Shown: positions 50,291 to 62,880, numbered from the whole stretch's first letter. The stretch: DNA of 62,880 nt, filler included, from Octopus bimaculoides (GCF_001194135.2; 8 parts of 7 records of this genome joined end to end with filler, not necessarily neighbours in it), one strand, 5' to 3'. Made by a program: numbers and translations. The notes: generated by a model from the sequence alone, not told the origin.

Positions 50291-51577
50291 GTTATGTAAT
50301 GTTATGTTTTGTATTAAAAAATAATTAACCGATGTTGGTCAATTTGATTGTTGATCAAAAGTTTTCTCCATTTTCTGCTTATTTAAACATATATATATAT
50401 ATATATATATGCATACACACATCTATATATTCATATATATACACATATATGCATACATATGTATATATAAAAATATATATACAAGGATAAGATCGTTATT
50501 TAAAATACCGATCATAGCAAGTGGCTAGCATGGGAATAAAAACCTCATAGGTAATAATGATTATTAAAATTATAATTAAGGGTATCTAAAAAATACCACC
50601 ATGCTAGATATAGCAGTCAAAACTTGACTCTAAAACCACATCAAATATTCATACAGCAACAGGAGAGAAGACAAAAAGATAAAATAAACTAGCAAAAACT
50701 TATTAAATAATTCGCGATCCCGGATTTCTGGCTTTGCATAAGAATTGCTTTGCCTCACCAGTGGAATATACACAAAATAGTACANNNNNNNNNNNNNNNN
50801 NNNNNNNNNNNNNNNNNNNNNNNNNNNNNNNNNNNNNNNNNNNNNNNNNNNNNNNNNNNNNNNNNNNNNNNNNNNNNNNNNNNNNNNNNNNNNNNNNNNN
50901 NNNNNNNNNNNNNNNNNNNNNNNNNNNNNNNNNNNNNNNNNNNNNNNNNNNNNNNNNNNNNNNNNNNNNNNNNNNNNNNNNNNNNNNNNNNNNNNNNNNN
51001 NNNNNNNNNNNNNNNNNNNNNNNNNNNNNNNNNNNNNNNNNNNNNNNNNNNNNNNNNNNNNNNNNNNNNNNNNNNNNNNNNNNNNNNNNNNNNNNNNNNN
51101 NNNNNNNNNNNNNNNNNNNNNNNNNNNNNNNNNNNNNNNNNNNNNNNNNNNNNNNNNNNNNNNNNNNNNNNNNNNNNNNNNNNNNNNNNNNNNNNNNNNN
51201 NNNNNNNNNNNNNNNNNNNNNNNNNNNNNNNNNNNNNNNNNNNNNNNNNNNNNNNNNNNNNNNNNNNNNNNNNNNNNNNNNNNNNNNNNNNNNNNNNNNN
51301 NNNNNNNNNNNNNNNNNNNNNNNNNNNNNNNNNNNNNNNNNNNNNNNNNNNNNNNNNNNNNNNNNNNNNNNNNNNNNNNNNNNNNNNNNNNNNNNNNNNN
51401 NNNNNNNNNNNNNNNNNNNNNNNNNNNNNNNNNNNNNNNNNNNNNNNNNNNNNNNNNNNNNNNNNNNNNNNNNNNNNNNNNNNNNNNNNNNNNNNNNNNN
51501 NNNNNNNNNNNNNNNNNNNNNNNNNNNNNNNNNNNNNNNNNNNNNNNNNNNNNNNNNNNNNNNNNNNNNNNNNNNNN

Positions 51578-51614
<37 letters not shown>

Positions 51615-51999
51615 TGCTTATATATATAACATAAATATATGCATACATATATATATATATATGTATGCATATACAAGGAATAAGTCCTGGGGTCGATTTG
51701 CGCGACTAAAGGTGGTGCTCCAACATGGCCACAGTCAAATGACTGAAACAAGTAAAAGAGTAAAGTAGTTTGCGTGAAACACTTCATAAGGGAAAAATTT
51801 ATTAATTGTTGCCTATAAATATATTTATGTAAGTCTGCCTCTTACTTAGATATATAAGTGTAAACAATTTCTATGTACTATGCTGGATACATGTGGTGTT
51901 CGTCTGGTATGTTGATTTTTGTTTATTTTTATGTCTTGACTATTCTTGCAATGACGAGTAAAAAGTGTTGTGTAGTGAAGAATTCCGAGTAGAAGTAGG

Positions 52000-53365
52000 A
52001 GTTCTCCAAGGATAAGTCCTCAGCCCCCTCTTATTCATTATAGTCCTCCAGGCAATAACAGGAATTCAAGACAGGCTGCCCCTAGGGGCTTCTCTATGCT
52101 GATAACCTTGCTCTAATAGCTGAGTCACTGCCAGAACTGGAGACGAAGTTTATGGTGTGGAAGCAAGGTCTAGATTCGAAGGGCTTTAGGGTTAACCTAG
52201 CCAAAACCGAAGTCTTAGTAAGTAGGAAGGCTGTCAAATCCCAATCCCCTTCAGGTAGATGGCCCTGTTCGATCTGTAGAAAAGGCGTGGGTAGAAACTC
52301 GATGCAATGTACCCAGTGTAAGCTATGGACACATAAAAAGTGCAACAATATCAAAGAAAGGTTAACAGAGAAAATAGTTTTTGTGTGGCAGATGCACTAG
52401 GGCAATAAACACTGAAGATGTACAGCAAATAGATTCCATCACATGCCAGGGGGAGAAACTAGAAGTAGTCAATAGCTTCTGCTACCTAGACAACCAAGCC
52501 TAATGGGAGCGATTGTTCTGAGAGTGTAGCGACTAGAGTAAGAATAGCCTGGGCAAAGTTCAGGGAGCTCTTACTTCTGCTGGTGACAAAGGGCCTCTAG
52601 CTCAGGGTGAAAGGTAGACTGTATGGTGCTTGTGTGCGAACTTCCATGCTACAATGAAACATGGGCCATGAATGCTTAGGACATGCGTAGGCTTGAAAGA
52701 AATAAAGCTAGTATGACCCCCGCTGGATGTGTAATGTCTGTGCATACATGAGAGAGTGTAAGCGCCCTGAGAGAAAAGTTGGGCATAAGAAGCATCAAAT
52801 GTGGTGTGCATGAGAGACGACTGCGCTGGTTTGGCCATGTGTTACGTATGAATGAAGACAGCTGTGTGAGGTAGTGCTACTCCCTAACTGTAGAAGGAAC
52901 CTGTGGAAGAGGTAGACCCAGGAAGACATGGGTTGAGGTGGTGAAGCATGACCTTCGAAGATTGGGCCTCACTTAGGCAATGACAGGAGACCAGGACCTT
53001 TGGAGATATGCTGTGATTGAGAAGACCCGGCAACTAATGTGAGATCGCAGCTACGCATGTCGGGCCCTGTTAAGAATACCCCTGATGTGCCGAGCGATAT
53101 GATATGCTTGAGAAGACCTGTTGAGTCAAGTAAAACCAATATCATAGCTGGGGCCGGTGCCCCCTGATTTACTCCTATGCCGGTGGCACGTAGAAAAGCA
53201 CCCACTACACTCTCGGAGTGGTTGGCGTTAGGAAGGGCATCCAGCTGTAGAAACTTTGCCAGATCAGATTGGAGCCTGGTACAGCCGCTGGCTCTCCAGA
53301 CCTCAATCAGACCGTCCAACCCATGCCAGCATAAAAATGGACGTTAATCGATGATGATGATGATA
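52000..53365 (+). mobile_element. 5'-truncated RTE-clade LINE (RT end, PHD-like finger, 3' UTR, (ATG)n tail)
   Basis: VLSPLLFIIVLQAIT, LLYADNLALIAES, VNLAKTEVL, EVVNSFCYL, RVRIAWAKFREL, LRWFGHVLRM. Confidence 0.92.
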
Positions 53366-54206
53366 TATATACATACATACGCATGCATATGTTTATGCAT
53401 CATACATACGTGTGCATGTGTGTGTGTAAAGAGAAACGATATGAATGTTTGTGTGCATGTACACGTGTATTTGTGCTTCTGAACATACATACATTTCTAA
53501 TAAATTTCTCATAATTCATACGTGTGTGTGTGTGTGTGTTTGTATTTTTATCAATCAGTCTGCCTGTCTGTTTGTCTGTCCTATATGTGTTCCATTAATG
53601 AGCTTATTAAAATCAAAATTAATAAACCATTTAACGACTAAAGTCTAATCCAATTTTCCCTAACCCAAAGCTTAATGTGTGATTAAATCCTAGATAAATA
53701 TTCATTTGAGCTGAATTAGCCATACTATAAGTTATGTTATTTCTATTTTCAGTTTAACAGTTCACACAGTACACTGCATATCGATTACGGTACTGTTGAA
53801 GTTAGTGATACTATTGCTGTAGTTGTTCTTGCTGATGTTACTGCCTTTTTGCATTAAAGAACCAAATTTCTGTTCACCAGAATAGTACTGAGAAATATAC
53901 ATGTAAAATTTTAACATATAATAAAAACAGCCAAATATATATTTTCTAGGTAGGTAAGATATATAAATATCTATCAATACAAAAATGCATACAAACACAC
54001 ACACACATATATATACATATATATGTATATATATATGCATATATATACATATACATATATATATATATATACATACATATATACGTATATATACATATAT
54101 ANNNNNNNNNNNNNNNNNNNNNNNNNNNNNNNNNNNNNNNNNNNNTTAATTAATTAANNNNNNNNNNNNNNNNNNNNNNNNNNNNNNNNNNNNNNNNNNN
54201 NTAAAC

Positions 54207-54239
<33 letters not shown>

Positions 54240-54249
54240 ATATATATTT

Positions 54250-54903
54250 ATCAAAGCAAGCAACAAGAATATCCAGAGGTGTTGCAGTATGATCATTTCA
54301 TGCAACTCTATTTAATTGAACAATACAACCATTACATCAATTTAAATGCAGAGCAATCCTCAGCCGCACAAAGACATATGTGTTGTGTGTGTGTGTGTGC
54401 GTGTGCTTGTGTCTGTGTTTGTCCTCCACTACTGCTTGACAACCGGTGTAGGTGTGTTTATGTCCCTATTACTTATCAGTTCAGCAAAAGTACCAGGTTT
54501 AAAAAAACAAACAAAAAAAATAAGTACTAGGGTTGATCATTTCAACTAAAATATTTCAAGCCAGTGCTCCAGTATAACCACACAAGTTAAGGAGATAGAC
54601 AAAGAACATTGTTGCCCTTCCTTCTACTTAGAAGCTACTAAGCTTGTAGCTTCTAAGTGGAAGGAAGGGCAACAATGTTGTAGTTTCTAAGAACTTTGTC
54701 TATCTCCTTAACTTCTTGGAGATTTCAAGTAAAATTATACTAATGTGTCCAACTGTTTTAATTTAATTAAATTCTATGTCTTTGTGCAGATGAGGATTGC
54801 TCTGCATTTAAATTGATGTAATGGTTGGATTGTTTAATTAAATGGAGTTGTGTGAAGCGATCATACTGCATTACCTCTGGATATCCTTGTTGCTTATTTT
54901 GAT
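54250..54903. mobile_element. Fold-back/MITE-like element: ~128-bp outer inverted arms, inserted SINE B relic (~54385-54580), central nested hairpin
   Basis: 54250-54377 is approximately the reverse complement of 54776-54903; inner palindrome 54584-54714. Confidence 0.7.
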
Positions 54904-55019
54904 TCTAATCACCTTATTTTGAAATTGTATGGATAATACTGTACTAAATTCTGGTGCCTCAACTTAAGTACCATATTCATTTGAATTTAAATTCCTGCTG
55001 AACTCATTTATGACCCGGC

Positions 55020-55200
55020 AAGCCAAGTGAGATCGTTGCCAGTGCCCCTGGACTGGCTCTTGTGCGGGTGGCACATAAGATGTACCATCCTGAGCGTGAC
55101 CGTTGCCAGTACCACCTGACTGGCCTTGTAGGGTTTTCGAGCGAGATCGTTGCCAGTGCCCCTGGATTGGCTCTTGTGCGGGTGGCACATAAAAGACACC
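55020..55200 (+). repeat. Composite subrepeats (gatcgttgccagtgcccctgga.tggctcttgtgcgggtggcacat) running into a 628-N gap
   Basis: Motif repeats at about 55030 and 55144; reverse-complement match to 25490-25640. Confidence 0.8.
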
Positions 55201-55866
55201 NNNNNNNNNNNNNNNNNNNNNNNNNNNNNNNNNNNNNNNNNNNNNNNNNNNNNNNNNNNNNNNNNNNNNNNNNNNNNNNNNNNNNNNNNNNNNNNNNNNN
55301 NNNNNNNNNNNNNNNNNNNNNNNNNNNNNNNNNNNNNNNNNNNNNNNNNNNNNNNNNNNNNNNNNNNNNNNNNNNNNNNNNNNNNNNNNNNNNNNNNNNN
55401 NNNNNNNNNNNNNNNNNNNNNNNNNNNNNNNNNNNNNNNNNNNNNNNNNNNNNNNNNNNNNNNNNNNNNNNNNNNNNNNNNNNNNNNNNNNNNNNNNNNN
55501 NNNNNNNNNNNNNNNNNNNNNNNNNNNNNNNNNNNNNNNNNNNNNNNNNNNNNNNNNNNNNNNNNNNNNNNNNNNNNNNNNNNNNNNNNNNNNNNNNNNN
55601 NNNNNNNNNNNNNNNNNNNNNNNNNNNNNNNNNNNNNNNNNNNNNNNNNNNNNNNNNNNNNNNNNNNNNNNNNNNNNNNNNNNNNNNNNNNNNNNNNNNN
55701 NNNNNNNNNNNNNNNNNNNNNNNNNNNNNNNNNNNNNNNNNNNNNNNNNNNNNNNNNNNNNNNNNNNNNNNNNNNNNNNNNNNNNNNNNNNNNNNNNNNN
55801 NNNNNNNNNNNNNNNNNNNNNNNNNNNAAAATTTCACTGAAATTGATATGAATTGCAATTAATTTT

Positions 55867-55925
<59 letters not shown>

Positions 55926-56984
55926 GCACACACATTACTATTACCTCTGGCAGGAAAAGGGCAGGATTTCAAAGTGGAGAGGTAAGTACTATCAGTGCAG
56001 CCCTAGTTTACACATACAGACAAATGTAAACAACACACATATGAATATGAGTGTGTATACACAGCATATGTTTATGTAAATGTATACACACATGCATACA
56101 TATATGCATGCATGTATGTATGTATGCGTTTGTGTGTATGTATGTATGTATGCATACATATATACACGTATACAGTGTGTTTGTATGTAAATATATATAT
56201 TTATGCATACACATACATACTCACAGATACATGTGCGTATGTATGATATATTGTCTGAGTATGTACTTGAGTGTATTGTATGTGTATGTATGAATGTATG
56301 CATGTCTATATATGTATGTATGCATATGCATGCACATACATGCATATACAGTGTTTGTATGTATATATATATATATACTTATGCATATACACACACACAC
56401 ATACATATACAGTGTGTGCATAATATATATGTATGTTTATATTCTGAGTGAGTATGCATATATATATATATATATACATGTGTGTGTGTGTTGTGGTGTA
56501 TGCTGAAGGAGAGCCAGTGATTGGTTGGTGAGAGGGAGAGACTCAGGTTGTTGACAGCATGTAAATTTATAAGTAGTGTGTGTGTGCGTGTGTGTGCATG
56601 CGTGTGCGTGTGCAAATGCATAGACATTATTTCATATTGTTTTACTATTTGTTATGTTGCTATTGTTTAAGAGGCTGCTGAGATGTCAATCAATCCCTAT
56701 GTTTTTGTTTTTGTTTTTTTATCTAGTATGGCTGGGTTATCTGAGTGTTACATTACAGAAGCCGTTACTAATTAACGAAGTAAATCCTAACATTGCTACC
56801 TTGCTTCACAAGCAACAAGTGTCGAGTGTTGTGTTGTCCACCAAGGATGATGGTGGTGTAGCGTTGTTGCTGTTGTTGTTGTTGTTGGTTGTGTCTCCTC
56901 CCTTTTGCTATGTTAACTTACCTGTATCAAATATTTACAATTACTTTTACTTCTCAGGTTCTAAACAACCCAAAGTACCTCTGT

Positions 56985-57190
56985 ATCATCATCGTCATCG
57001 TCATCATCATCATCATCACTTAGTGTCTGTTTTCCATGCTGGCATGGGTTAGACGGTTTGACTAGAAACTGGTAAACTGCACCAGATTCCAGTCTGTTTT
57101 GGCTTAGTTTCTACAGCTGGACACCCTTCCTAATGCCAACCACTCCAAGAGTGTAGTGGGTGCCTTTTGCATGCCACTGGCACAGGTGCC
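56985..57190 (-). mobile_element. Degenerate RTE 3'-UTR fragment
   Basis: (CAT)n...ttttccatgctggcatgggtt...ttctacagctggac.cccttcctaatgccaaccactc. Confidence 0.75.
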
Positions 57191-57665
57191 ATTTACATGA
57201 CACCAGCAACAGCCATGACTATGATTTCACTTGGCTTGACGAACCTTCTCAAGCACAGCACATCGCCAAAGGTCTCGGTTACCAGTCATCACCTCCACGT
57301 GGCCCAACATTTGAAGATCATGCTATTGGCAATGGCCACAATTATGATTCCATGGATGCTGTTTACATGACACCAGCAACAGACTCAACTACGATTTCAC
57401 TTGGATTGATGAGTGTTCTCAAGCACAGCATATTGCCAAAGGACTCAGTGATTACTCATCGCCTCCATGAGGCCCAATATTTGAAGATCATACTATTGGC
57501 AATGGCCACAATTACGATTTCACGGATGCCATTTACATGACACCAGCAACAGCCTCAACTACGATTTCACTCGGTTTGATGAGTGTTCTCAAGCTCAGAA
57601 TATCACTAAAGGTCTCGGTCACTAGTCAACACCTCTATGAGGCCCAACATTCGAAGATCATGCTT
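57188..57665 (+). repeat. 170-bp tandem repeat, about 2.8 copies
   Basis: tttacatgacaccagcaacag starts at 57192, 57362 and 57532. Confidence 0.92.
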
Positions 57666-57969
57666 GTCCCATGGCCTCCTGGGTTTAACTCTTCCACGGG
57701 TTCCCTTCACATTTAGAGATCGACATTTCTTTATCTCTCAGGATAATGAATTCATTATCATCATCTTAACATCTGACATTTTCATGCTTGCATGGATCAG
57801 GCAAAAGTAAATTGGGACAGGTTTTTCTATGGTTGGATGGTCTTCCTGTTGCCTAACCCCACCTCACCTCTGTTTCCAAATGAGATGACCCTGTAACAAA
57901 ATTCTTTTTTGTTTTTTATTTGTTTGTCAGTAACTGCTATTTCTTATTTGCTTCTTCCTGGCACTACAT

Positions 57970-58392
57970 CTCTTTTACTCTTTTACTTGCTTCAGTCATT
58001 TCACTGCGGCCATGCTGGAGCACTGCCTTTTTAGTCGAGCAAATCGACCCCAGGACTTATTCTTTATAAGCCTAGTACTTAATCTATCAGTCTCTTTTGC
58101 CGAACCGCAAAGTTACGGGGACGTAAACACATCAACATCGGTTGTCAAGCAATGTTGGGGGGACAAACACAGACACACAAACATATACACACACATACAT
58201 ATATGTATATACATATATATACATATATACAACAGGCTTATTTCAGTTTCCGTCTACCAAATCTACTCACAAGGCTTTGGTCGGCCTGAGGCTATAGTAG
58301 AAGACACTTGCCCAAGATGCCACGCAGTGGGAATGAACCAGGAACCATGTGGTTGGTAAGCAAGCAACTTACCACACAGCCACTCCTGTGCC
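57970..58392 (-). mobile_element. SINE family B, full length
   Basis: Reverse complement of the 23369 copy. Confidence 0.92.
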
Positions 58393-58426
<34 letters not shown>

Positions 58427-58611
58427 NNNNNNNNNNNNNNNNNNNNNNNNNNNNNNNNNNNNNNNNNNNNTTAATTAATTAANNNNNNNNNNNNNNNNNN
58501 NNNNNNNNNNNNNNNNNNNNNNNNNNATATATTGAAAGAAAGGAAATGGAGAATAATGGATGTATAAATAATTTATTTGTATGATATAAAGATGTTGAAA
58601 TTTATTTTATA

Positions 58612-58983
58612 AAAACAATACAAATAAATTATAAATTCTAAAGCTCTAAAAGAAATGGCAGTTGCCAAAAACCTACATATATGTTTCGATTCATGCCCCT
58701 AGTTGGTACGTAATGCTTATGTATCTAGCTAAATGCATAATGCTTATATCTCTAACTAAATACATAAGCATTATATATAGGATCTTAACTCCTTAAACTT
58801 ATTTGCAATTTGTCTGCATCCTTTCAAGAAATATGTTAACATTTGTAACAAATGCTTAGAATTCTTAGCAAATGCTTAGAATTACGTACCAACTCGGGGC
58901 AGGAATCGAAACACATATGTAGGTTTTGGGCATCTGCCATTTCTTTTAGAGCTTTAGAATTTATAATTTATTTGTATTGTTTT
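58612..58983. mobile_element. MITE-like inverted repeat, 103-bp arms
   Basis: 58612-58714 vs the reverse complement of 58881-58983: 5 mismatches. Confidence 0.75.
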
Positions 58984-59019
58984 NNNNNNNNNNATGATGG
59001 CTGTCCATTCGTGATCGAC

Positions 59020-59560
59020 AAAGACCACCACTGATCATTAAGAACAGTGTGCAAAATTATACTTGACACTTGTGGCTCCACTGGAGACTAATAAGCCCAG
59101 CTCTTCATAATGATACACGTCTGCGGATATTGCAGACCAAGCTCACCCCATTCACTACACTTGCCTCGCGTTTTCCAGCAGCTCGCTTAAACTCTGCATG
59201 AAGAAGTTGCGTGTTTTTCGAAAATACCCAATTCTTCCTATACTTGTTTCCTCCTTTGGTATATGGCATATATAAGTGTGAGTGTGCGTGTGTGTGTATA
59301 AAACTCAGCCGTAACTAGCAAGTGAGTATGACTTGAAAGTTTATACTACTTTTGCACTAGTTCTTTTAGGTGCCAGTGTAGTCGAGAGAAGCCACAAACG
59401 CGCACTCGGCTCGACAACATCGGGCATAAGATAGCAAGCAGAGAGAGGAAAGAGACAGGCAGCTGCACCAGCAGTCAGCTGGTAATCACTTTTGGCTGAC
59501 TGAAGCAACGTGCAAATCCTTTCTTACTGAAGCAACGTGCAAAACCTTTCTTACTCAATG
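59020..59560 (-). mobile_element. Possible Tc1/mariner relic, 5' region
   Basis: Minus strand MPYTKGGNKY..QLLHAEFKR weakly resembles mariner N-termini; 28-bp tandem duplication near 59498-59553. Confidence 0.3.
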
Positions 59561-60982
59561 ACACAAACAGAACACGCAATCACACATTCATATATATATA
59601 TATATATATCTATATAAATAATAATAAAGGAGTTACGACGCAAAAACGTATAAATTCAAATGAACATATTTATCTTCTTCAATATATATTTCAGTATAAA
59701 GAATTCATTAAGAGACTTAAATCAAAATTTCTTTACACATCATTCAGGAATAAATATAACATCAGAAAAAATACATTCCGTTTAAAAACACAAACCGTTC
59801 NNNNNNNNNNNNNNNNNNNNNNNNNNNNNNNNNNNNNNNNNNNNTTAATTAATTAANNNNNNNNNNNNNNNNNNNNNNNNNNNNNNNNNNNNNNNNNNNN
59901 ATATATATATATATATATGTATTTGCTCTTTTGTCTTGTTTGGTATTGATATTGGTTAGTTTTAGGACCATCAATGCTGGTGACTTCTTCTATGGAAGGT
60001 CTCTCAATTTTAGTTCTTGGTTCAGATGTGTTCCCTTGTGGTGCAGTATTGCCAGTGGAATGTCTGTCACTCACATCAGAGTCTCCATCCTTGTCATCCA
60101 TTTTGAGTTCCTGTGCAAAGATGGTGTTAAGTGTGTTAATGTGAGGGTTGATGAGGGCATAGGAGTTGATCCACTCTTGTTTTTACAGCTCTATCTGAGC
60201 TATGGTCCTTATGTAGACATTGTCCTTTAGACCTGCCATCATAATATTATGTGGATTGTCTGTCTCTTTCAGCTGTTTTCCACCATCTGAAAAAGAGTTT
60301 CAGTTCAGCACTGACCCAATTTCGAGACATCTTTAGTCTGCTGTTCCCTTCAGTATATTTAGAGAAATACTGAGAAAGGGAGAGAAAAAGACAGAGAGCG
60401 ACGTAAGGTGTATTGATCTATGTGTGCACTGGTTGGAGGGGTATTAGTTGGGATAGGGACAATATATGTGTGACTATCTATAAGCTTTCTGTGGACACAT
60501 TCCCATAAACACAGATGATCAATAGATAGGTACGTAGGGAGAGAGAGAGCGAGAGAGAGCAAGAGGTACACAGAGAGAGTGTGTACACGTATATGTGGCG
60601 GGTACCACAGGGTGCTACACGTGTATGTGGCAGATGACACTGGGGAAAGAGAGGAATAGAGAAATTAATCAATCGCAGATTAAATTAAAATGTATAAGAG
60701 TGGAGGGACTTATATGCTTTGGTATTGTAAATATAAAGAAAAAACAGAATTTACTTCTCTTAGTAAAATTTCAGTTGATTGAAAAATGGAATCTAAGCAT
60801 GGAACATAAAAAGATTTATACATAAAGGCACATATAGGTAATTAATTAACCAAATAATTAATTACATATTCAATTACTGAATTCCTGAAAATCTAGATAT
60901 ATAGGTCGGACACCTGTTGATTTATATGTCAGAAAATAATACTGCGTGAGGAGTTGGTTACTGTACACAAAGTCATTCTTAC

Positions 60983-61128
60983 CTCAATTGTGGGCTTTCA
61001 ACAGATCTGTTTATATATAAGAAAATAATGCCGCATGAGAAGTTGATTAGTGTAAGCAAAGTTGTTGCTATCACAATTGTCTGCTTTTGACAGATTGTAA
61101 TAACCAAAAGATGAAAAATTGTATACAT
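60983..61128 (-). CDS. Possible first (signal-peptide) coding exon of the ITIH-like gene: MYTIFHLLVITICQKQTIVIATTLLTLINFSCGIIFLYINRSVESPQL
   Basis: ATG-led hydrophobic frame ending at a strong AG/GTAAGA donor (phase 2); the exon linking it to 44864 was not found. Confidence 0.25.
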
Positions 61129-62880
61129 ATATTTTTTCCTCCACTTTTTCTCTAAGAGAATTAGATTTTTTAGTGGATAAGTAAGGAAGTTTCAATTCTT
61201 GGTCTGATTATTTACAGAGGTTTTGCCACACATCGGTAATATATCAGATTTTATGTAAGCAAACATGAACTTTGTAAATTTCATTTTTCTACAGAAATTC
61301 TGTCTATGTAGTGTATTAGTATGTATTATTACCTCAGGATACAATAAAGATTAGTTACCATGAAGTAGTAACGATTTTCTGAACAATTTTCTAAAAAACT
61401 TTCAGAACGAAGTGAAAACACGTGCTACCAGCAAGTCACCATCTTGGAATATATATATATGTATATATATGTATATATATCTGTGTGTGTGTGTGTGTGT
61501 GTNNNNNNNNNNNNNNNNNNNNNNNNNNNNNNNNNNNNNNNNNNNNTTAATTAATTAANNNNNNNNNNNNNNNNNNNNNNNNNNNNNNNNNNNNNNNNNN
61601 NNGGGTAGGGGGCAGCGGGATTGAAGGATTAGAAAAAAATCAGAGACAAAGAAAAAGGTACAGGGGAGATAAACGAGTGGGAAATAATGGGAGTTAAAGA
61701 AAGGGAGGACCAAGAAGTGTGAGATATAATCTGCTTGTTCGTTTATCCGTTGTACTTTAGTCAGTTAAAGAAGTGGGGGGGGGGGGGGAAATGTTGAGTA
61801 ANNNNNNNNNNGGGGGGGGGTGAAATGTTGAGTAAAAGTGTAAGAGAGAGGGGGAGAAATGTGAGTAGAGAAGAAAGGAAGAAAGAAGAGAGGAGTACAA
61901 CAATACACTTAGTTCAAAGGCATCATGTGGTTAATTGAAGGGAGAGGCGAAGAGCGAAAGAAAAGACGGTGAGAGAAAAGTGGGAGGGAGAAGTGTTAAT
62001 GACGTGCTGTAGGGTAGGGAGAGAAAGTGAAGAGAAGGGGAGAAATGTTAACGACGTAAAGAGGAGAATTACATGGCTAAAAAGTTTGTTGAAATGGAAG
62101 GGAGAAATAGAGAAATATAAAACGTTTAGCATATATTTTCTTGTTTACGTCAACAAACCTGTAATGAGTCTGTGTATGTGTGTGTGTATGCGTGTGTTTG
62201 TGTCTGTGTGTATGCATTACGAACATACAGAGAAATTGTATGAAACAACACAATGCCATACACTGTTGTAGAAATCAGCCAGTCTACTTTGAGCAAAGTT
62301 AATAGGAAATATACAGGAGATAGAAGACATGTGGACCATTGACGACGAGTCTACAGTTCTAGTAACCTGAAGGCACTTTCAGCGTTAAATGTATTCTTAT
62401 GAGAGCTGCGTGGTATGATCAAACAATTTATATCAAAGTCGATTTGAACTAAGATCCTTAGAGAAAGATTATGGCTCCATATTTCAGATACTTCGGATAA
62501 TTACGATATCTGGGACAATAAAAATGTGGAAGAACTTCTTAAGATTCAAAGAGTAATTAAAGAGTAATTAGTTGTTATTAGTTACGTTTAAATGTCTTTT
62601 AATTATAACTTTGCCACCGTAGACACAAACGGTCAGAATAAATAGTAAAGCTCCAATTTAGAAAATATCATATGCATATAAATAGACATATGTTCATTGT
62701 GCACATGCTGATGTATGAGTCATATATGTCTTCGTATATTTCCATAATACATAAATTTTATATAAATTTACTCAACTAATTGCACATTTATCCGGTAAAT
62801 ATAACACGTTTATATAACACATACACACCCTCACACGCATTTTAGTATATAGATATATGTAATGTATGCATATATATATA

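Noticed and set aside
53762-53890. Minus-strand frame with SITNFNSTVID resembling VIT AFITNFTMTID
   Set aside because: Ends in a stop with no suitable phase-2 donor, and the rest of the frame does not match VIT.
55020-55200. Repeat-spacer-like pattern suggestive of CRISPR
   Set aside because: The inter-repeat segments are themselves repeated and match RTE UTR subrepeats; eukaryotic context and no cas genes.
59853-60290. GC-richer minus-strand ORF MDDKDGDSDV...
   Set aside because: In-frame stops upstream in all frames and no recognisable homology; probably an old repeat.

Overview
AT-rich, repeat-dense eukaryotic DNA with many N gaps and (TA)n/(GT)n/(TATG)n microsatellites. The SINE, RTE and CR1 content points to an Octopus draft assembly (inference from repeat recognition). 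There are two protein-coding loci. (1) A 5.35-kb uninterrupted + strand ORF (3117-8468, 1783 aa) that appears to encode about six tandem NHL-like beta-propeller units. (2) A - strand ITIH-like gene (VIT + vWA + ITI C-terminal region). I rebuilt it by hand from ten phase-compatible GT-AG exons between 44864 and 16920 (2302 nt, 766 aa, N-terminus missing), and it has no visible GDPH autocleavage motif. The rest is mostly tRNA-derived SINEs, CR1/L2, RTE and R4/Dong LINE pieces, Penelope-like elements, Tc1/mariner relics and fold-back elements. The best non-coding finding is a 448-bp terminally redundant, structured element (46897-47344) carrying a type I hammerhead ribozyme with a canonical GUC site, resembling a metazoan retrozyme. 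Two weaker hammerhead candidates also occur.
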